In this document: piece after piece, positions 30,165-32,388 of the stretch
Position numbering within the stretch: the stretch's first letter is position 1
Layout of the letters: each line of letters opens with the position of its first letter
Assembly: GCA_038087875.1 (NCBI GenBank)
Contig: JAXLNO010000417.1
Span: forward strand, 1 to 32,388
Length of the DNA stretch: 32,388 nt
Reading direction: 5' to 3'
From: Malacoraja senta
Taxonomy: Eukaryota
Notes under the pieces: model-generated
The model's input: only the letters and a program-made list of their open reading frames with translations
The model's database searches: none
Told to the model about the DNA's origin: nothing
Made by a program: the position numbers and the translations under genes

Positions 30165-31043
30165 GACTTTAGAGATACAGCACGGAAACAGGCCCTCGGC
30201 CTACCGAGTAGGGTCCCATATTAGCCGGGACATCCACCAAAATTGGGCTAAATTGGTTTGTCCATACGGGACCGCCCTTGTCCCGTATTTGACTGCTTCT
30301 ACACGGGTCAAGGGGACTGTCGGGTCGGAGCGCCGCGTCCGGCCCCGCCTCACCGTCCCGACTTAGTGCAGCCCATGGAGTGCAGCAGCAGCAGCAGCGC
30401 CTCGCCCGTGGCCCCGTCGGTCGGCAGCCCGGCCAGCTGTCCAAACTTCGGACCTTCGCTTACCGCCGACACCACCACCACCCCTCCTTCGCACGGCCGA
30501 TCATCGCTTCATGAGTTGGATGGGGTGCTGGGCCAAAACTCCTCAGCTGGCCCTGCCGGCTGGGCTTTGTGTGCAGTCCAGCACCCGGGGCCAACTCATC
30601 ATTCACCCAGCCACGGCCGAGTCGGTCAACGAATTGCCGTCGCGAATTTGTCCCTTATTTTGACCTTTTGTCCCTTATTTGGGAGTGAGAAAGTTGACAA
30701 CCCTGCTACTGAGTCTGCGCCGACCAGCGATCACCCCTCACACTAAAGATAGACACAAACGCTAGAGTAACAGGCAGCATTTCTGGAGCGCTGAGTGACT
30801 CCAGCGTTTTGTGTCTGTCTTCGGTGTAACAAAGCCTCTTCCTACCCCATACACTAACGTACACTCTCCAGAAAACTTACCTGCTGCAATAAACCTACAA
30901 ACCTGCACGTCTTGGGAATGTGGGAGGAAACTAGAAGCCACGCTGTCACAGAAAGAACGTACAAACTCCGTGCAGTCAGCACCCATAGTCAGGCTTGAAC
31001 CGGGGTCTGTGGAGTTAAAAGGCAGCAACTCTACCGCGCCGCC
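30165..31043 (-). mobile_element. tRNA-derived SINE interrupted by a hAT element and a PLE remnant
   Basis: Tail tttagagatacagcacggaaacaggccc at 30168; head ggcagcaactctaccgcgcc at 31021. Confidence 0.75.
30209..30705. mobile_element. Non-autonomous hAT (Blackjack-like) DNA transposon
   Basis: 8-bp TSD CTACCGAG (30201-30208) and CTACTGAG (30706-30713); termini TAGGGT... and ...TTGACAACCCTG; repeated subterminal TGTCCC/GGGAC motifs. Confidence 0.8.
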
Positions 31044-31448
31044 CAATTTCTTTAATGGAATTAAGCGTGGTCTGTGCAAATCAAAGATATCTTGCTCAAC
31101 ACAGTAGATCTACTGTGATTGATATCGTCAATGAGGAATCAATTAAAATATAAACTGCTTGGATAATTGAGATGTTGATTGCAATTTATTAATTAAGATG
31201 GGCAAGCACCAACTCTGTACACGATATGTTTATTTGGAATGAAAAGGAATTGCAGGAGGCTGGTCCAATATGTGATATGGTCTATGATATATTTTGTATC
31301 GATTATGTTTATTGGCGTCGATTCAAGTGAATTGGAGGACAGCGTCTTCTCCCGAGGTTTTCACTTGGCCGATTCTTATAGCGTAGAATGTATCACCACC
31401 TTTGTGCTGAGAGAAAGACTCAAGTGGCCCTTACACTGCATTTTACAG

Positions 31449-31544
31449 GAGTTGGAATGTGATGTGTCTGTCGAAGGCGATAGCAGGCAGGAATGGACAT
31501 TCACCTTGTATGACTTCGATAACAATGGCAAAGTCACCCGTGAG
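31449..31544 (+). CDS. NKD1: NKD1 internal coding exon (96 nt, phase 0/0), start of the Dishevelled-binding EFX/EF-hand domain: ELECDVSVEGDSRQEWTFTLYDFDNNGKVTRE
   Basis: Acceptor ttttacag ending 31448 and donor GTAACC at 31545. RQEWTFTLYDFDNNGKVTRE is the Naked-family signature. DFDNNG and the upstream KKQLKFE favour NKD1 over NKD2. Confidence 0.96.
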
Positions 31545-31657
31545 GTAACCTGAACACACCACAGCTTTATATTTCGTTATATTTTCAAAAAGGATTATTC
31601 TTAACGATACTTAAAACATTTATGTTCCAACTAAATGTGATTTGTAATGTAGCATCA

Positions 31658-32173
31658 TTACTAGAATGTTGCCTGGGTTTCAGCAACTAAGTTACAGAGA
31701 AAGGTTGAACAAGTTAGGTCTTTATTCTTTGGAGCGCAGAAGGTTAAGAGGGGACTTGATAGAGGTCTTTAAAATTTATGAGCGGGTTAGACAGAGTGGA
31801 CGTGGATAAGCTTTTCCCATTGAGAGTAGGGAAGATTCAAACAAGGGGACATGACTTGAGAATTAAGGGACAGAAGTTTAGGGGGAACATTAGGGGGAAC
31901 TTCTTTACTCAGAGAGTGGTAGCTGTGTGGAATGAGCTTCCAGTGGAAGTGGTGGAGGCAGGTTCGATGTTATCCTTTAAAAATAGATTGGATGGGTATA
32001 TGGACGGGAAAGGAATGGAGGGCTATGGTCTGAGTGCAGGTAGATGGGACTAGGGGGAAGTATTTATTTTTAATTTTAAAAAAATTTAAAAAAATGTTCG
32101 GCACGGACTTGAAGGGCCGAGATGGCCTGTTTCCGTGCTGTTATGGTTATATGGTTATATGGTTATATGGTTA
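31658..32173 (+). mobile_element. Young CR1-type LINE 3' fragment, near-identical to 13304-13842
   Basis: ORF 31778-32053 matches the end of ORF 13045-13698 except at two residues; (GGTTATAT)n tail. Confidence 0.93.
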
Positions 32174-32326
32174 ATATAAGATTGTCTTTTGACGGCTATA
32201 AAATGCATGATTTCACCATTGCAATGCTGAATACTGATATTAAGTTAGAATCGGTTTGAACTGGTAGTTAGATAGTTAGAACTGGTTCTGATCTACTGGT
32301 TGAATAGTTAGAACTGGTTCCGAATA

Positions 32327-32388
32327 GGTTTCTCCGGGTGCTCCGGTTTCCTCCCACGCTCCAAAGTCGTGCAGGTTTGTCGGTTAAT
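32327..32388 (+). mobile_element. SINE central-domain fragment running off the window
   Basis: ggtttctccgggtgctccggtttcctcccacgctccaaag. Confidence 0.75.

Larger units (their letters stand above)
19853..31448 (+). other. NKD1: NKD1 intron (GT-AG, phase 0, 11,596 nt)
   Basis: Bounded by GTAAGT at 19853 and AG at 31447-31448; joins KFE to ELECD in frame. Confidence 0.9.

Noticed and set aside
30258..30746. 162-aa ORF
   Set aside because: It lies within a GC-rich non-autonomous hAT element and has no transposase motifs.
31239..31448. ORF 31239-31553 as an N-terminally extended protein
   Set aside because: Only 31449-31544 resembles NKD1 and is bounded by splice sites; the upstream open frame is best explained as chance intron read-through.
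31449..31544. NKD2 or a generic EF-hand protein such as calcineurin B or recoverin
   Set aside because: The upstream VALPPE...KKQLKFE exon and DFDNNGKVTRE fit NKD1 better; phylogeny or synteny would confirm.

Overview
Vertebrate genomic DNA, most likely from a cartilaginous fish (skate/ray; inferred from the repeat families, not from a search). The window lies inside a + strand naked cuticle homolog 1 (NKD1) gene. Three coding exons (4908-4965, 19749-19852, 31449-31544) splice in frame to GSVGEFGRQGYSEEQYPLE-VALPPESVEGFSHATEKKMEKGAGQGSVKKQLKFE-ELECDVSVEGDSRQEWTFTLYDFDNNGKVTRE, which reaches the EFX/EF-hand domain. The rest is intron, densely filled with nested mobile elements: CR1-type, Rex1/Babar-type and L1-type LINE fragments, about 15 tRNA-derived SINEs, many Penelope-like element (PLE) termini, PIF/Harbinger-type MITEs, pogo/Tigger-type and hAT DNA elements, and a few unclassified structured elements. 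Nearly all supplied ORFs are repeat-derived or spurious. I see no novel protein-coding system. The best leads are non-coding: (1) PLE-derived fold-back mini-elements with minimal hammerhead ribozyme cores and 14-17 bp target duplications; (2) apparent CpG decay in these PLEs creating TCF/LEF motifs inside a Wnt feedback gene; (3) Harbinger-type MITEs hitting the same palindromic site in the PLE; (4) an unclassified hairpin-rich retroposon next to a 193-bp palindrome; (5) splice-site features around the 104-nt exon. Repeat boundaries are approximate unless a TSD or TIR is quoted.
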